A stretch of 64,000 nucleotides of DNA, from assembly GCA_016700035.1 (NCBI GenBank), contig CP064998.1, positions 727,551 to 791,550 on the forward strand. Direction: 5' to 3'. The position numbers were made by a program, and so were the translations under genes. This DNA is from a bacterium (GTDB lineage: Bacteria > Patescibacteriota > Saccharimonadia > CAILAD01 > GCA-016700035). Below the pieces are notes generated by a model. That model did no database searches and was not told the DNA's origin. It saw nothing but the letters and a program-made list of their open reading frames with translations. This document shows, piece by piece, positions 37,173 to 46,772 of the stretch (position 1 is its first letter; each line of letters starts with the position of its first letter).

Positions 37173-39353
37173 TTACTCCGTAGCCGCCTCATCACCCACA
37201 GCACCAGTCAAATCCTCGCCCGCGGCCTTGACTGGTAACTTAAAGCCAAAGGTCGACCCCTTACCCTCTTCGCTCTCAAAAATAACTTCACCACCCTGAT
37301 CTTTCGTAACTCTACCAACTAAGAATAAGCCAAGCCCCGTGCCATCAGGGCGAGTCTTTTGAGCATTCGGTGCACGATAAAACTTTTGAAAGAGCTTGGC
37401 TTGTTCAGCCTTTGGCACACCAATACCGTTGTCTACTACCCTAAAGCTTACCCAGCCAGCATTAGCTTCGAGATAAACATCCACCTTACCACCATCTCGA
37501 GCAGTCGATGAATAATAAATTGCATTGTCCATCAAGTTCATCAAGCACTGCCTGGTCTTACCTTCGTCAATCTGCAAAATTGGCACTGGCTCTTTTGGTA
37601 CATGAAAATTAATCACCACGTGCTTCATTTCTGCCGCAGTTGCTAGCATACTAATTTCTTCCGGTAAAACTTTATTGAGATCTACATCCGTGCGCTCAAT
37701 CTTAAATTTACCAGATTGAATACGCGATACATTCAAAAGGTCATCCACTAAGCGCGTCATCCGTGTAGCGGCATCAAAAGACTGCTTGAGTGTTTCCTTC
37801 TGCTCTTTTGAAACTCGCCCAAAGTCCCCATCCATCACCATCGAAGTATAGCCCCGCACAGCCGTTAATGGCGTACGTAATTGATGTGAAGCCATCGAGA
37901 TAAACTCATCTTTGGCTTTATCCAGCTCTTTCAATTCTGCGTTGGCATGTCGCAACTCGGCCGTCGCCTGACGAACTTTTTCACGCAATGTTTCGTTAAA
38001 GCCCTGAATCTCCTGATATGAACGCGCGTTATTAATTGCAATCGCCAATTCATCAGAAATAATCTGCAAGGTCTGTACATCTTGCGAAGAGAATATATCT
38101 CCCGACTGCTTCTCCCCCAGCAAAAGGTACCCCACAAACGCCTCTCTAGTACGCAATGGAAAAACAGCCCGAACGTTGTGGCGATCAAGAATATCTCGTT
38201 TTTGGGCATCTACTACCTCATCTACCAGCGTCACACCCTTATTAAACCGTGTAAGTTCCGGTGCATGATAGAGCTGCTGGATTTTATTAGCATGGGTTTG
38301 ATAAAAAATACCATCTTCACCCATCACCACAATATTACTATTGGCTAGATGTATCTGCGCATCAAGTATTTTTAGCACCTTGGCGGAAAGTTTTTCTAAT
38401 AAAATTTCTGATGCTAATACTCGACCAATGTCTGAAACAAGTTTCTGTGGGTCGTAGCGATCTCGATAAAATACCCTGTCTGTTATCTTCTCGAAAAAGC
38501 GCCGAATAGTTGGAAAAGTAAAAGCCAAAACGACGGCCAAAACGACATTAAAGATCTGACGTGAAAGCTGGGTGGTAAGTACATTTTTTAGCAATACTCC
38601 TTGCGCCAAACCAAAGGCCAGAAAAGCGTAGATGAGAGAAAAGGCACCAATCGAGAATACGTAGGCTAGCGAGCGAGCGACGACGGCTCGGATATTGAGT
38701 AGCCGGTGACGCACAATAGCAAATGAGCTAAAGGCAACAAAAATAAGCACAAAACTGGGTCCGGTATCCAAAAAACTATTAATCCCAAACAAAATTGCCA
38801 CTGCATTAGTAAAGATAACTGGCACAAATGCAAGAATAATACCGGTAAAGACATATAAGATCTGTTGACGAAGCATACCTCTGGCTTTACGGTAGCTTGT
38901 GCCAAGTACGATTAGACCACCACCTACACATAGCAACAGATATGCCAACAGCGGGATGTAGAGTGGGCCTACGACTAGATTATTCTGGCCGGCTGTTATG
39001 GATGTGGCGTTCAAATTAGTTGGCGCCAAAAACGTAAAACTAAGCGACGCAACCGCCAAGGCAACAATTAGCCACGGTCGCTTTTTCGGACTAGGTTGAA
39101 AACTCAAGCTTAATAAGAGAAAAAATGAGGCACTCAGAACAGCGGGTATAACTGCCAGACGCGACCACAACAATGCAGACGTATCTCGTGTCGCAATCGA
39201 GGCTAAAAAATTCGTCAAAAGCCACAGACTTGCCGAAAAGTTGAAGCAAGCTAGCAGTCGGTTTTGGTAACCCTTTGAATTCGCTAGTATGACGATAAGC
39301 CCCAGCACGCCAATAGCGACAATGCTAAAGATATACAACACATTGGAAAACAT
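37173..39353 (-). CDS. Sensor histidine kinase (726 aa) with a polytopic N-terminal membrane sensor domain.
   Basis: H-box MASHQLRTPLTAVRGY. HATPase_c G-boxes VVDNGIGVP and GTGLGLFLV. At least seven N-terminal TM helices. Confidence 0.8.
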   Translation of the reverse strand: MFSNVLYIFSIVAIGVLGLIVILANSKGYQNRLLACFNFSASLWLLTNFLASIATRDTSALLWSRLAVIPAVLSASFFLLLSLSFQPSPKKRPWLIVALAVASLSFTFLAPTNLNATSITAGQNNLVVGPLYIPLLAYLLLCVGGGLIVLGTSYRKARGMLRQQILYVFTGIILAFVPVIFTNAVAILFGINSFLDTGPSFVLIFVAFSSFAIVRHRLLNIRAVVARSLAYVFSIGAFSLIYAFLAFGLAQGVLLKNVLTTQLSRQIFNVVLAVVLAFTFPTIRRFFEKITDRVFYRDRYDPQKLVSDIGRVLASEILLEKLSAKVLKILDAQIHLANSNIVVMGEDGIFYQTHANKIQQLYHAPELTRFNKGVTLVDEVVDAQKRDILDRHNVRAVFPLRTREAFVGYLLLGEKQSGDIFSSQDVQTLQIISDELAIAINNARSYQEIQGFNETLREKVRQATAELRHANAELKELDKAKDEFISMASHQLRTPLTAVRGYTSMVMDGDFGRVSKEQKETLKQSFDAATRMTRLVDDLLNVSRIQSGKFKIERTDVDLNKVLPEEISMLATAAEMKHVVINFHVPKEPVPILQIDEGKTRQCLMNLMDNAIYYSSTARDGGKVDVYLEANAGWVSFRVVDNGIGVPKAEQAKLFQKFYRAPNAQKTRPDGTGLGLFLVGRVTKDQGGEVIFESEEGKGSTFGFKLPVKAAGEDLTGAVGDEAATE

Positions 39354-39386
39354 AAACTCATTATATAGTAAAAGAATGGGGAGGTC

Positions 39387-39983
39387 TCATAAGACCTCCC
39401 CATATACTGGAGCCGAGATCATGCCCTCAGTGGCCCACGCGTAAAACGCGGGATCACAGTCATGCATATTCTTCTCAAACTCCAGCAGATCCATGATGTA
39501 GGGCGGGATTGCCCAATCATGAAAGCCGATATCGCCACATTGCTCGAAGGTAGTATGAATGGCGGTATTGAGAAACTCAGTCCTCTCTGCCTCCATCACG
39601 ATACCCCAGTGGGTTACCCCCAAACCTCGAGAAGTCTGGAAGGCTGCCCGGTACAACTCGAGTGCGATATTGGCAGATCGGCTCGCCTCAACTACAACCA
39701 CCGTACCAAGCTCCTCAAGTTGCCCCGTGTGAAAAAGTGCCATCGGGACTTCCGGATGCCAGAGCTGGCAGTCGGTAATGAATGGCGGCAAATGCCGACC
39801 GGCGCCGATCATGCGCAACGCCCCGATGCAGATGTCACCGTCAAACGCGCCGAAAACGCGGCTCTGGTCGTCGAACTGGCGGTAGTCGTAGGGGTAGTTC
39901 TCCTCGCGGAAGATCTTCTCCTCAACAGCCAGTGCGGCCTCACGCTCAGCACCCTCGACCAATCGCACCTGAATGTCGGTCAT
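39387..39983 (-). CDS. GC-rich hypothetical protein, possibly a GNAT-fold acyltransferase (199 aa from MTDIQVRL).
   Basis: GC about 60%. Fold assignment is weak. The ORF track extends it to 40136 across an upstream GC-rich run. Confidence 0.3.
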   Translation of the reverse strand: MTDIQVRLVEGAEREAALAVEEKIFREENYPYDYRQFDDQSRVFGAFDGDICIGALRMIGAGRHLPPFITDCQLWHPEVPMALFHTGQLEELGTVVVVEASRSANIALELYRAAFQTSRGLGVTHWGIVMEAERTEFLNTAIHTTFEQCGDIGFHDWAIPPYIMDLLEFEKNMHDCDPAFYAWATEGMISAPVYGEVL

Positions 39984-39999
39984 CTTGATTCCTTTCCGC

Positions 40000-40407
40000 T
40001 CAACGTGAGCGAGTCGATTTGCGCACAAAGCGCATTCGGATAGCTGACAACTTCTCTCGCATTCGGTCCACCTTCGCGGCAAGCCGCAACAGTAGACCAT
40101 GGCCCAACTGATATTTGAACACCAGCGTGAGCGCAACCATGAAGGCGATGCTGGACGGGATGAGCCACTGGGGAAAGTTACGCCCCCACACCAGCACGTA
40201 AATGTACGGTGCGAAGGTTACAACGCGGTTGTACCAGATGGCTCGCCGAAAAGCGACCTTGTCGCTGCACCGATAAGAGCGCACGAGCAAGTACCACGAA
40301 TACCATACCTGAGGCCAAGTAATGAGGTATAAAGCAATGAAAATGGCGGGGTTAACCGCATAGTAGTCGGCCCTATCTAGGAGGCCATTCCAGAAATCGT
40401 GAAGCAT
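40000..40407 (-). CDS. GC-rich hypothetical integral membrane protein (135 aa).
   Basis: Several hydrophobic, aromatic-rich helices. Same compositional islet as 39387-39983. Confidence 0.35.
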   Translation of the reverse strand: MLHDFWNGLLDRADYYAVNPAIFIALYLITWPQVWYSWYLLVRSYRCSDKVAFRRAIWYNRVVTFAPYIYVLVWGRNFPQWLIPSSIAFMVALTLVFKYQLGHGLLLRLAAKVDRMREKLSAIRMRFVRKSTRSR

Positions 40408-40481
40408 GGCTACTCCTTATTTGAGGTACTTTTCACGAATAGGTATATGATTATATCATATTTATTCATTTTTTACAATAT

Positions 40482-41573
40482 TTATTTGTCAAAAATTGCC
40501 CTTGGAGGCTTGAAGCCATTAAAGCCATTTGCAAGCGCATTCGTGTATGCTCCAACATCATAAAAACGCAATTTATCGCCTAATTTTAGGTCATGAGGTA
40601 GCCGCACAGAAGTTGTAATTGTATCAATACTGTCACAGGTTGGTCCCGCTAAAACATAGCTTGCCTGCTTTGTTGACTTATTCTCAAGTGCCTCAACCCG
40701 ATACTGAATGTTGCCCTGGAAGTTCATTGCTTCAAAAAGTGCATTATATGTTCCAGCGTCTAGGTAAAGCCAGGTCCCTCCACGCCGCACTGTCCGATGA
40801 ATAATACTAGTAGTTAACGTTGCCACATTTGCCACCATGAATCTTCCCGGCTCAGCGAAAACAACTGGAATTTTGAGTGAGCGAACATATGGCCTGATCA
40901 CTTTTGCTATGTCTAAGAGGCTGGGTGCCTTCATATTGCGATACCCGTAAGGAAATCCACCCCCTAGATCCAGGGCTTCTATTTCTATTCCCTGTGCACG
41001 TAGTACACCCTGTATTCTCTTCACTTTCTCAAGTGCATATTTCCACGTATTGAGCTTGAGCGACTGCGAGCCAACATGAAAACTCAGTCCATAAAAGCGC
41101 AAACCTGCCTCTTGGGCTTTCTTCACTAAAGCCAGAGCTTGTCGCTCTTCTGCTCCAAACTTATCTTGCAATGAAAATACGCTCCCACGTTCGTAAACAC
41201 GAAGACGCAAAAGCACCGAAGCTCCAGGTGCACCTTTTGAAATCTTCGAGATTTCTTCTGCAGAATCATAGGCAAAGACCGTTATACCTTTCCTATGAGC
41301 GAATTCAATGTCTCCTGGTATTTTAACCGGATTACTAAAAATTATTTCCCTTGGATCAACATCATTCGCAATTAATAGCGCTATCTCACTTTTAGACGCA
41401 ACTTCAAAGCCCGACCCTAATCCCTGTAAAGTTTTCACTACTTCCGGCATTGGATTGCTTTTAAGCGCGTATCTCAAAGCAATACCAGGTAAGGCCTTCT
41501 CAAAAACACTATAATTCTTATGGATTTTTTCTAAGTCATACGAATAATATGGAGTTTTTTCTGCAAGATTCAT
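40482..41573 (-). CDS. Fold-type III PLP-dependent decarboxylase (Orn/DAP/Arg decarboxylase family), 363 aa.
   Basis: PLP-lysine motif YALKSNP. LDLGGGFP. GPTCDSID substrate/cofactor motif. Confidence 0.7.
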   Translation of the reverse strand: MNLAEKTPYYSYDLEKIHKNYSVFEKALPGIALRYALKSNPMPEVVKTLQGLGSGFEVASKSEIALLIANDVDPREIIFSNPVKIPGDIEFAHRKGITVFAYDSAEEISKISKGAPGASVLLRLRVYERGSVFSLQDKFGAEERQALALVKKAQEAGLRFYGLSFHVGSQSLKLNTWKYALEKVKRIQGVLRAQGIEIEALDLGGGFPYGYRNMKAPSLLDIAKVIRPYVRSLKIPVVFAEPGRFMVANVATLTTSIIHRTVRRGGTWLYLDAGTYNALFEAMNFQGNIQYRVEALENKSTKQASYVLAGPTCDSIDTITTSVRLPHDLKLGDKLRFYDVGAYTNALANGFNGFKPPRAIFDK

Positions 41574-41697
41574 CTCTTCATACTCTACAATTTTCCCGAT
41601 AAAAATACTAGAATATAACTAATGTGTAGTGCTAGGCACAATAGTATTGACTATACTTAGCATAACTGTTATAATATACACATAATTCAATCTTTCT

Positions 41698-42357
41698 ATG
41701 GATACAACACAATCACGAAAAAACATTGGCTTCCCCGCAAAGCGTAGCGACTGGAACAAAACTCCAGCCGTTTTTGATGACCACACGCTTAAAATTTCCG
41801 GACACCCCGTTATGGAAGACTGGGAAGACGGCTATATGAAGCGCCTTGCCCAAATTGCAACTATGCAGGGTGGTCGAGTGCTGGAGCTTGGTTTCGGTAT
41901 GGGTATCTCAGCGGGCTACATACAAAGCTCAGAAAACCTCAAAGAGCATATAGCTATAGAATGCCACCCGGATGTGATCAAGAATGCCGTTTCTATGTAT
42001 CCTGATCAAATAGCAAGTGGCAAAATGCATCTTATGTCTGGTTTTTGGGAAGATATTACTCCACTACTTAAGGATAGTAGCTTTGACGGTATTCTTTTTG
42101 ATACGTACCCACTAACAGAAAAAGAGATTCATGGTAATCACTTCTGGTTCTTCGAAGAGGCATATCGACTCCTGAAAAAAGGCGGGGTACTCACCTACTA
42201 TTCTGATGAGGCAACTAAATTCTCAGAAAAACATCTATTGCGCCTTAAAGCTGCCGGATTTCATGATATTACTTATGAAGTAGTTGACGTCGATCCTCCA
42301 GCTGATTGTGAATATTGGCAAGATAAAACAATCATTGCTCCAATTGTAGCGAAATAG
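41698..42357 (+). CDS. Guanidinoacetate N-methyltransferase (GAMT)-like SAM-dependent methyltransferase (219 aa).
   Basis: Collinear similarity to GAMT across the whole length: GHPVMEDWEDGYM, GGRVLELGFGMGI, IECHPDV, FWEDITP...FDGILFDTYPLTE...LLKKGGVLTY, DPPADCEYW. The comparison is from memory of the human GAMT sequence. Confidence 0.6.
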   Translation: MDTTQSRKNIGFPAKRSDWNKTPAVFDDHTLKISGHPVMEDWEDGYMKRLAQIATMQGGRVLELGFGMGISAGYIQSSENLKEHIAIECHPDVIKNAVSMYPDQIASGKMHLMSGFWEDITPLLKDSSFDGILFDTYPLTEKEIHGNHFWFFEEAYRLLKKGGVLTYYSDEATKFSEKHLLRLKAAGFHDITYEVVDVDPPADCEYWQDKTIIAPIVAK

Positions 42358-42442
42358 TAGAACTCATTAATACTTTGACCCCGTGCAAGCAAGCTCTGCT
42401 CGCCTGATCAAATTCGCTAATGCCTGAGGGGAGCCATGTTAC

Positions 42443-43774
42443 TCAAACACCCTCTAATTCCGCTAACAAACTTTCTTCAGTCATATCTTCAGCTTGGGTG
42501 ACGACCGAAAGTAGCCAATGTGCTTCTTTAGCTGATAAATACTTTTTGGCCACTACGCGCATATCTTCTATCGTAACTGAATCTAGCTCGGCATAATATT
42601 CAGCTGGCGATTGTAATTTCCGCCTATGACATAATTCGTCAAAATACCAGTTGAGAAAATCACTCGAGCGCTGCAGGCCTCCCTCTTGAGAGTTCATTAT
42701 TTGACCTTTAGCCCGCGCAAACGCAACTTCATCAATCTCGCCATCCGCAATCGATTGTACATACGTAAAACATTTCTGCAAAAGATGCTCTAGATTTTTA
42801 TGTGGAACTTGGTCAGAAAAGCCAAACCCACTATGCTCCGATTGATTCATCACAAACGCTCGAATGCCGTAGGTTAAGCCAGCTTCGCGCAGTTCACGTT
42901 GCATAACAGAACCCAAGCCACCTGCCAGATATGTTCGCAAAACTCGTCTTGTGGCCAGTGTTTGATCATCTAAATAAGGTACGTAGAAGCGCAGATCAAA
43001 CGTTGATACATCTTGTGCGGTTGCTCGCGAAACAATAATATTCTTTTTCGAAATACGATTTAGCTGAGGTTTATAAAAACTATGCTTTCCTTGAGGTGCA
43101 TATTTTAGGCCCAATCTAAACTGCTGCTTCAGCTTCTTGATAGCAGAGTTAGAAATATCACCACAGACCACAAAATGCAAATTTTGGAGAATATAATACT
43201 GATGATAAAAATCTAAAATATCTTGGCGTGAGATCTTTGGTAGTTTTACAATACGATCATTAATTGTTGATGTAATATCACCCCACAATGCTTGAGAGAT
43301 ATTTTCCCACACCAGATAACCGTCTTCTTCACGATTACGATGTAGCTCATTATGAATTACCTGCTTTTGCTGGGTAATAGATTTTTCTGCAAACAGTGGA
43401 GTGTAGAGCTGAGCAATGACGTGTTTCTGAATCAGCCCTAGCGAAGCCTGTGGGCCACTGAATTCGTACCAGTTAAACCCTGGACTGGTGGCAGCATTGT
43501 GATAAATGCCGGCAGTTTCAAGCTCAATCGACATTGTCTTGCCACTAGGATATGTAGAGTTACCTTCAAAAGCTAGATGCTCTAAAAGATGTGGTAGTTC
43601 GTATTGGTGTTTTGGTGCTAGATTAAAGCCGCTATTTACAATGGTCATAAAATGCACCATTGCCTTACCGGGTGTTTGAATAATGGTTAGTGGCACACCA
43701 GGAAATATTTCATCCTGCACAATTGCGTGGTCGAGATACGCCGCCATACTACTCCTTGTCTTTTTCGCGGGCAA
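42443..43774 (-). CDS. M16-family (pitrilysin/insulinase-like) zinc peptidase, 443 aa.
   Basis: Inverted zinc-binding motif HLLEHLAFEG (HxxEH). Confidence 0.65.
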   Translation of the reverse strand: MPAKKTRSSMAAYLDHAIVQDEIFPGVPLTIIQTPGKAMVHFMTIVNSGFNLAPKHQYELPHLLEHLAFEGNSTYPSGKTMSIELETAGIYHNAATSPGFNWYEFSGPQASLGLIQKHVIAQLYTPLFAEKSITQQKQVIHNELHRNREEDGYLVWENISQALWGDITSTINDRIVKLPKISRQDILDFYHQYYILQNLHFVVCGDISNSAIKKLKQQFRLGLKYAPQGKHSFYKPQLNRISKKNIIVSRATAQDVSTFDLRFYVPYLDDQTLATRRVLRTYLAGGLGSVMQRELREAGLTYGIRAFVMNQSEHSGFGFSDQVPHKNLEHLLQKCFTYVQSIADGEIDEVAFARAKGQIMNSQEGGLQRSSDFLNWYFDELCHRRKLQSPAEYYAELDSVTIEDMRVVAKKYLSAKEAHWLLSVVTQAEDMTEESLLAELEGV

Positions 43775-45440
43775 GATGATGGACTTTTACGTATCCCGCT
43801 GTCTCTTTTTCGCTCAGTACCCTACCTTCTTGAATTACTGCAAATCTAGATATCTTGGCGTCATCTAAAAATTCTCGATCATGACTGACCACAATGAGAG
43901 AACCAGGATAGGTAGCCAGCGCTTTACCGAGCGCTTCGGCGGCCCGTACATCGAGGTGGTTGGTTGGCTCGTCCATAATAAGCAAGTTTGTAGCTCGCAG
44001 GGCGTGTACGGCTAAAAATGCCTTACCCCGCTGACCAGGACTCACTCGATTAGCCGGTAACATTTGCGATTCGCGTGCAATACCAAAGCGAGCTAATTCG
44101 GTGGCAGCTTTCGTGCCATCGGCACCAGACATCCGGGCCACATTATCCACCAATGGCTCATCCGGGCGATCAAACTCTGGCTGTTGCTCCACTAGCCCAA
44201 TACATGTAGCTTCAGCAACCTCACGCTTACCTTTTGCTGGCATCAATAAGCCTGCGAGTAGCTTTACAAAAGTAGATTTCCCTTCGCCGTTTGGGCCAAT
44301 CACCGCCACTCGATCACCACCGCGAACTGTATAATTATACGGACCGAGCTCCTTGTCTTCGTACTTGGCAGTGGCTTTTTCGAGCTTCACCATATCGCCA
44401 CCCGGCTTTGTATCGGTCGTAGGGAAGAGTAGCTTCAAATCTATCTCCTCATCTGGTCTTTCAATATCCTCCAGCCGACCCAGGCGAGTCTCCAGGGCCT
44501 TAGAAGCTTTAGCTAGTGTCTTGCTGGCATTCTCATTTTTCTTATCAGTAGCCATTTTATCGTTATCTTTGGCACCCTTTTCCGCCCGATCAGTCCGCAC
44601 ACTCTGAGCCATCTTACGTTGCATCGCACCTTCAAGCTTAGCCCGCTCGTTAACAGCTTCACGATGGGCTTTGGCCTGGCTGGCCCGCTCCCGCTCCTGA
44701 GCCACACGCCAATCGGTATAGCCACCGCCAAAAAACTCCATCCCACCAGCATCTGGCTTAAGATCAACAATTTTATTCATGGTTTCTTTTAAGAATCGAC
44801 GGTCGTGCGAGATAATTAGAAAGCCAGCCTTAGAGCCAGCTATAAAGCGCTCGAGTATTTCAATCCCAGCAATGTCCAAATTATTGGTCGGCTCATCCAG
44901 GAGGAAGATATCATATTTGGCCACCAAAATAGAGGCCAGAGCCAGCTTGGTTTGCTGACCACCGGAAAGATCGCCAACTTTCTTATCTAGAAAACTAGTT
45001 GTCAGGCCAACTTCTTGGAGGGCCCGTGGCAAACGCTCGTCTAACGTATAAGCGCCGATAGAATCAACTTTTTCTAGGGCCGTATTATAGGCATCTTCGT
45101 CTTCTAGCATATTAGCACTGGCCGTCTCCAGCTCGGCATAGGCTACTCGAATACCAGTCAGCTCTTCAATGCACTCACGACAAGTGAGATTATGCCAAGG
45201 CGTAAGCTCTTGGGGCATAAAGCCGGCGATATCACGCGTACGGTCAATCTGCCCATCGGTTGGCACGAGCTTGCCCTCAATGAGTTTCAAAAGTGTAGAT
45301 TTTCCAGCACCGTTTGAGCCCACCAAACCAATGCGATCGCCAGGCCCTATCGTAAACGAGATTCCACTGAGTACCGGGGTATGATTATATTCAAATCGTA
45401 AATTATTAATCTTTATCATTGATGTTTTCCGAACTTTCAT
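43749..45440 (-). CDS. ABC-F family ATPase (two tandem ABC domains, no TMD), 563 aa.
   Basis: Two Walker A motifs (GSNGAGKSTLL, GPNGEGKSTFV). Two signature motifs (LSGGQQTKLALA, SPGQRGKAFLA). The charged inter-domain linker is characteristic of ABC-F. Confidence 0.75.
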   Translation of the reverse strand: MKVRKTSMIKINNLRFEYNHTPVLSGISFTIGPGDRIGLVGSNGAGKSTLLKLIEGKLVPTDGQIDRTRDIAGFMPQELTPWHNLTCRECIEELTGIRVAYAELETASANMLEDEDAYNTALEKVDSIGAYTLDERLPRALQEVGLTTSFLDKKVGDLSGGQQTKLALASILVAKYDIFLLDEPTNNLDIAGIEILERFIAGSKAGFLIISHDRRFLKETMNKIVDLKPDAGGMEFFGGGYTDWRVAQERERASQAKAHREAVNERAKLEGAMQRKMAQSVRTDRAEKGAKDNDKMATDKKNENASKTLAKASKALETRLGRLEDIERPDEEIDLKLLFPTTDTKPGGDMVKLEKATAKYEDKELGPYNYTVRGGDRVAVIGPNGEGKSTFVKLLAGLLMPAKGKREVAEATCIGLVEQQPEFDRPDEPLVDNVARMSGADGTKAATELARFGIARESQMLPANRVSPGQRGKAFLAVHALRATNLLIMDEPTNHLDVRAAEALGKALATYPGSLIVVSHDREFLDDAKISRFAVIQEGRVLSEKETAGYVKVHHLAREKDKE

Positions 45441-45550
45441 TTTACTACAGATACAGAATAAATGCGCATAAGATTAACGGTTATCTGGGCGGCCGGAAAG
45501 ATAAAAAAGTTATCTCTAGTACAAAATCTTGAATATGCAGCTAAGGTGAG

Positions 45551-46027
45551 CTATTGAGTTGGCGCAATCGCAATTACCTTAATGTGAACCTCACCGCTAG
45601 GTAGTGAAAAAGATCGCTCTTCACCTACTCTAGCGCCCAATAGTGCTATTCCCAGCGGAGCCTTCACACTGGCCCAATTTTCGTCCATCAGCCAGGCCGC
45701 ATCACCCGCCAAGCAAACCGAGTGTTCTTGTCCGGCATCTTCATTAAAATACGTCACACATGTACCTATCTCAACTTTTTTTGGATTTTCTGACGGCTCA
45801 ATAATTTTGGCTTGCTTATACAGGGCCTCTAATCTCGTTAGGCTCAGTGTGGCGATGTTCTTTCTATCTTTTGCAGCATCAAAGGCGGCATTATCATGCC
45901 AAGTTTCAGCACCGTTATTAGTAGCTTCAGCCAGCTCCTGCGTAGCTTGCTCATCTTCACTCCGCAGTACTGCGATGCGTCGCTCAATAGCTTCATATTC
46001 TGCTCGACTAATTTTCGGCTGTGTCAT
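45551..46027 (-). CDS. greA: Transcription elongation factor GreA (158 aa).
   Basis: Size and coiled-coil N-terminus plus a C-terminal FKBP-like domain pattern. Confidence 0.6.
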   Translation of the reverse strand: MTQPKISRAEYEAIERRIAVLRSEDEQATQELAEATNNGAETWHDNAAFDAAKDRKNIATLSLTRLEALYKQAKIIEPSENPKKVEIGTCVTYFNEDAGQEHSVCLAGDAAWLMDENWASVKAPLGIALLGARVGEERSFSLPSGEVHIKVIAIAPTQ

Positions 46028-46151
46028 TTATAAATTATAGCAAAAAAGCGTATATAAGGCGAACCTATCAAAGCCATATATTGCCCTAAAGCTAGATATA
46101 TGATATTATTGGTTGGTTTTTATTATCTTTGATCAATCACTTTTTATTATC

Positions 46152-46706
46152 ATGAAAAAACGCTTACAAATTGGTGTTATGGGTTCGGCCGCAGATCTTG
46201 AAAAAAATCAAGATTTATTTTCACTTGCCGAAAAAGTGGGTCAACTAATCGCAAAACAAAATGCCATACTAGTTTTTGGAGCCGAAAAAGACTATGACTC
46301 CCTATCTACGGCGGCATGTCGTGGGGCAAAAAAAGCGAATGGATTGACGGTTGGTGTAACATACGGTAAAGATCTCGCCACCTATGAAGATGCTGATGTA
46401 ATAATTGCTACAGGATTAGAGCGTGGAGGTGGAAGAGAATTCTCACTCGCCCTAAGCTGTGATGCTATTATTGCTATATCAGGTGGGTCTGGCACTCTCA
46501 ATGAGATGGTTGTAGCATATCAAGCCAACATACCCCTTATTGCTCTTACGGGGACTGGTGGCTGGGCCGATAAAATGGCTGGGCAATACTTCGATGGTCG
46601 TAAGCATGTGAAAATAGAGGCGGCAAAAAATCCAGAAGAAGCTGTAAATCTTGCGATAAGCCTTGCAACAAAATCAAGTAATCGTACAGAACACGAACAT
46701 TTATAA
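46152..46706 (+). CDS. TIGR00725/LOG-family Rossmann-fold protein (SLOG-like), about 184 aa from MKKRLQIGV.
   Basis: IGVMGSA...GGGREFSLALSCDAIIAISGGSGTLNE pattern of the LOG/TIGR00725 family. Confidence 0.5.
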   Translation: MKKRLQIGVMGSAADLEKNQDLFSLAEKVGQLIAKQNAILVFGAEKDYDSLSTAACRGAKKANGLTVGVTYGKDLATYEDADVIIATGLERGGGREFSLALSCDAIIAISGGSGTLNEMVVAYQANIPLIALTGTGGWADKMAGQYFDGRKHVKIEAAKNPEEAVNLAISLATKSSNRTEHEHL

Positions 46707-46772
46707 TACTTCTATAATAGTTAAATTAAAAATAACCCCGAGCTTTCACTCGGGGTTTTGTGTAGTAAGCCG

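Noticed and set aside
39462-40168. Plus-strand ORFs 39462..40043 and 39782..39988, and minus-strand ORF 39980..40168, inside the GC-rich islet
   Set aside because: They are antisense to, or overlap, the better-supported minus-strand genes. Long spurious ORFs are expected in ~60% GC DNA, for example Arg/Gly/Ser-rich translations such as RRRSCATPRCRCHRQTRRKRG.
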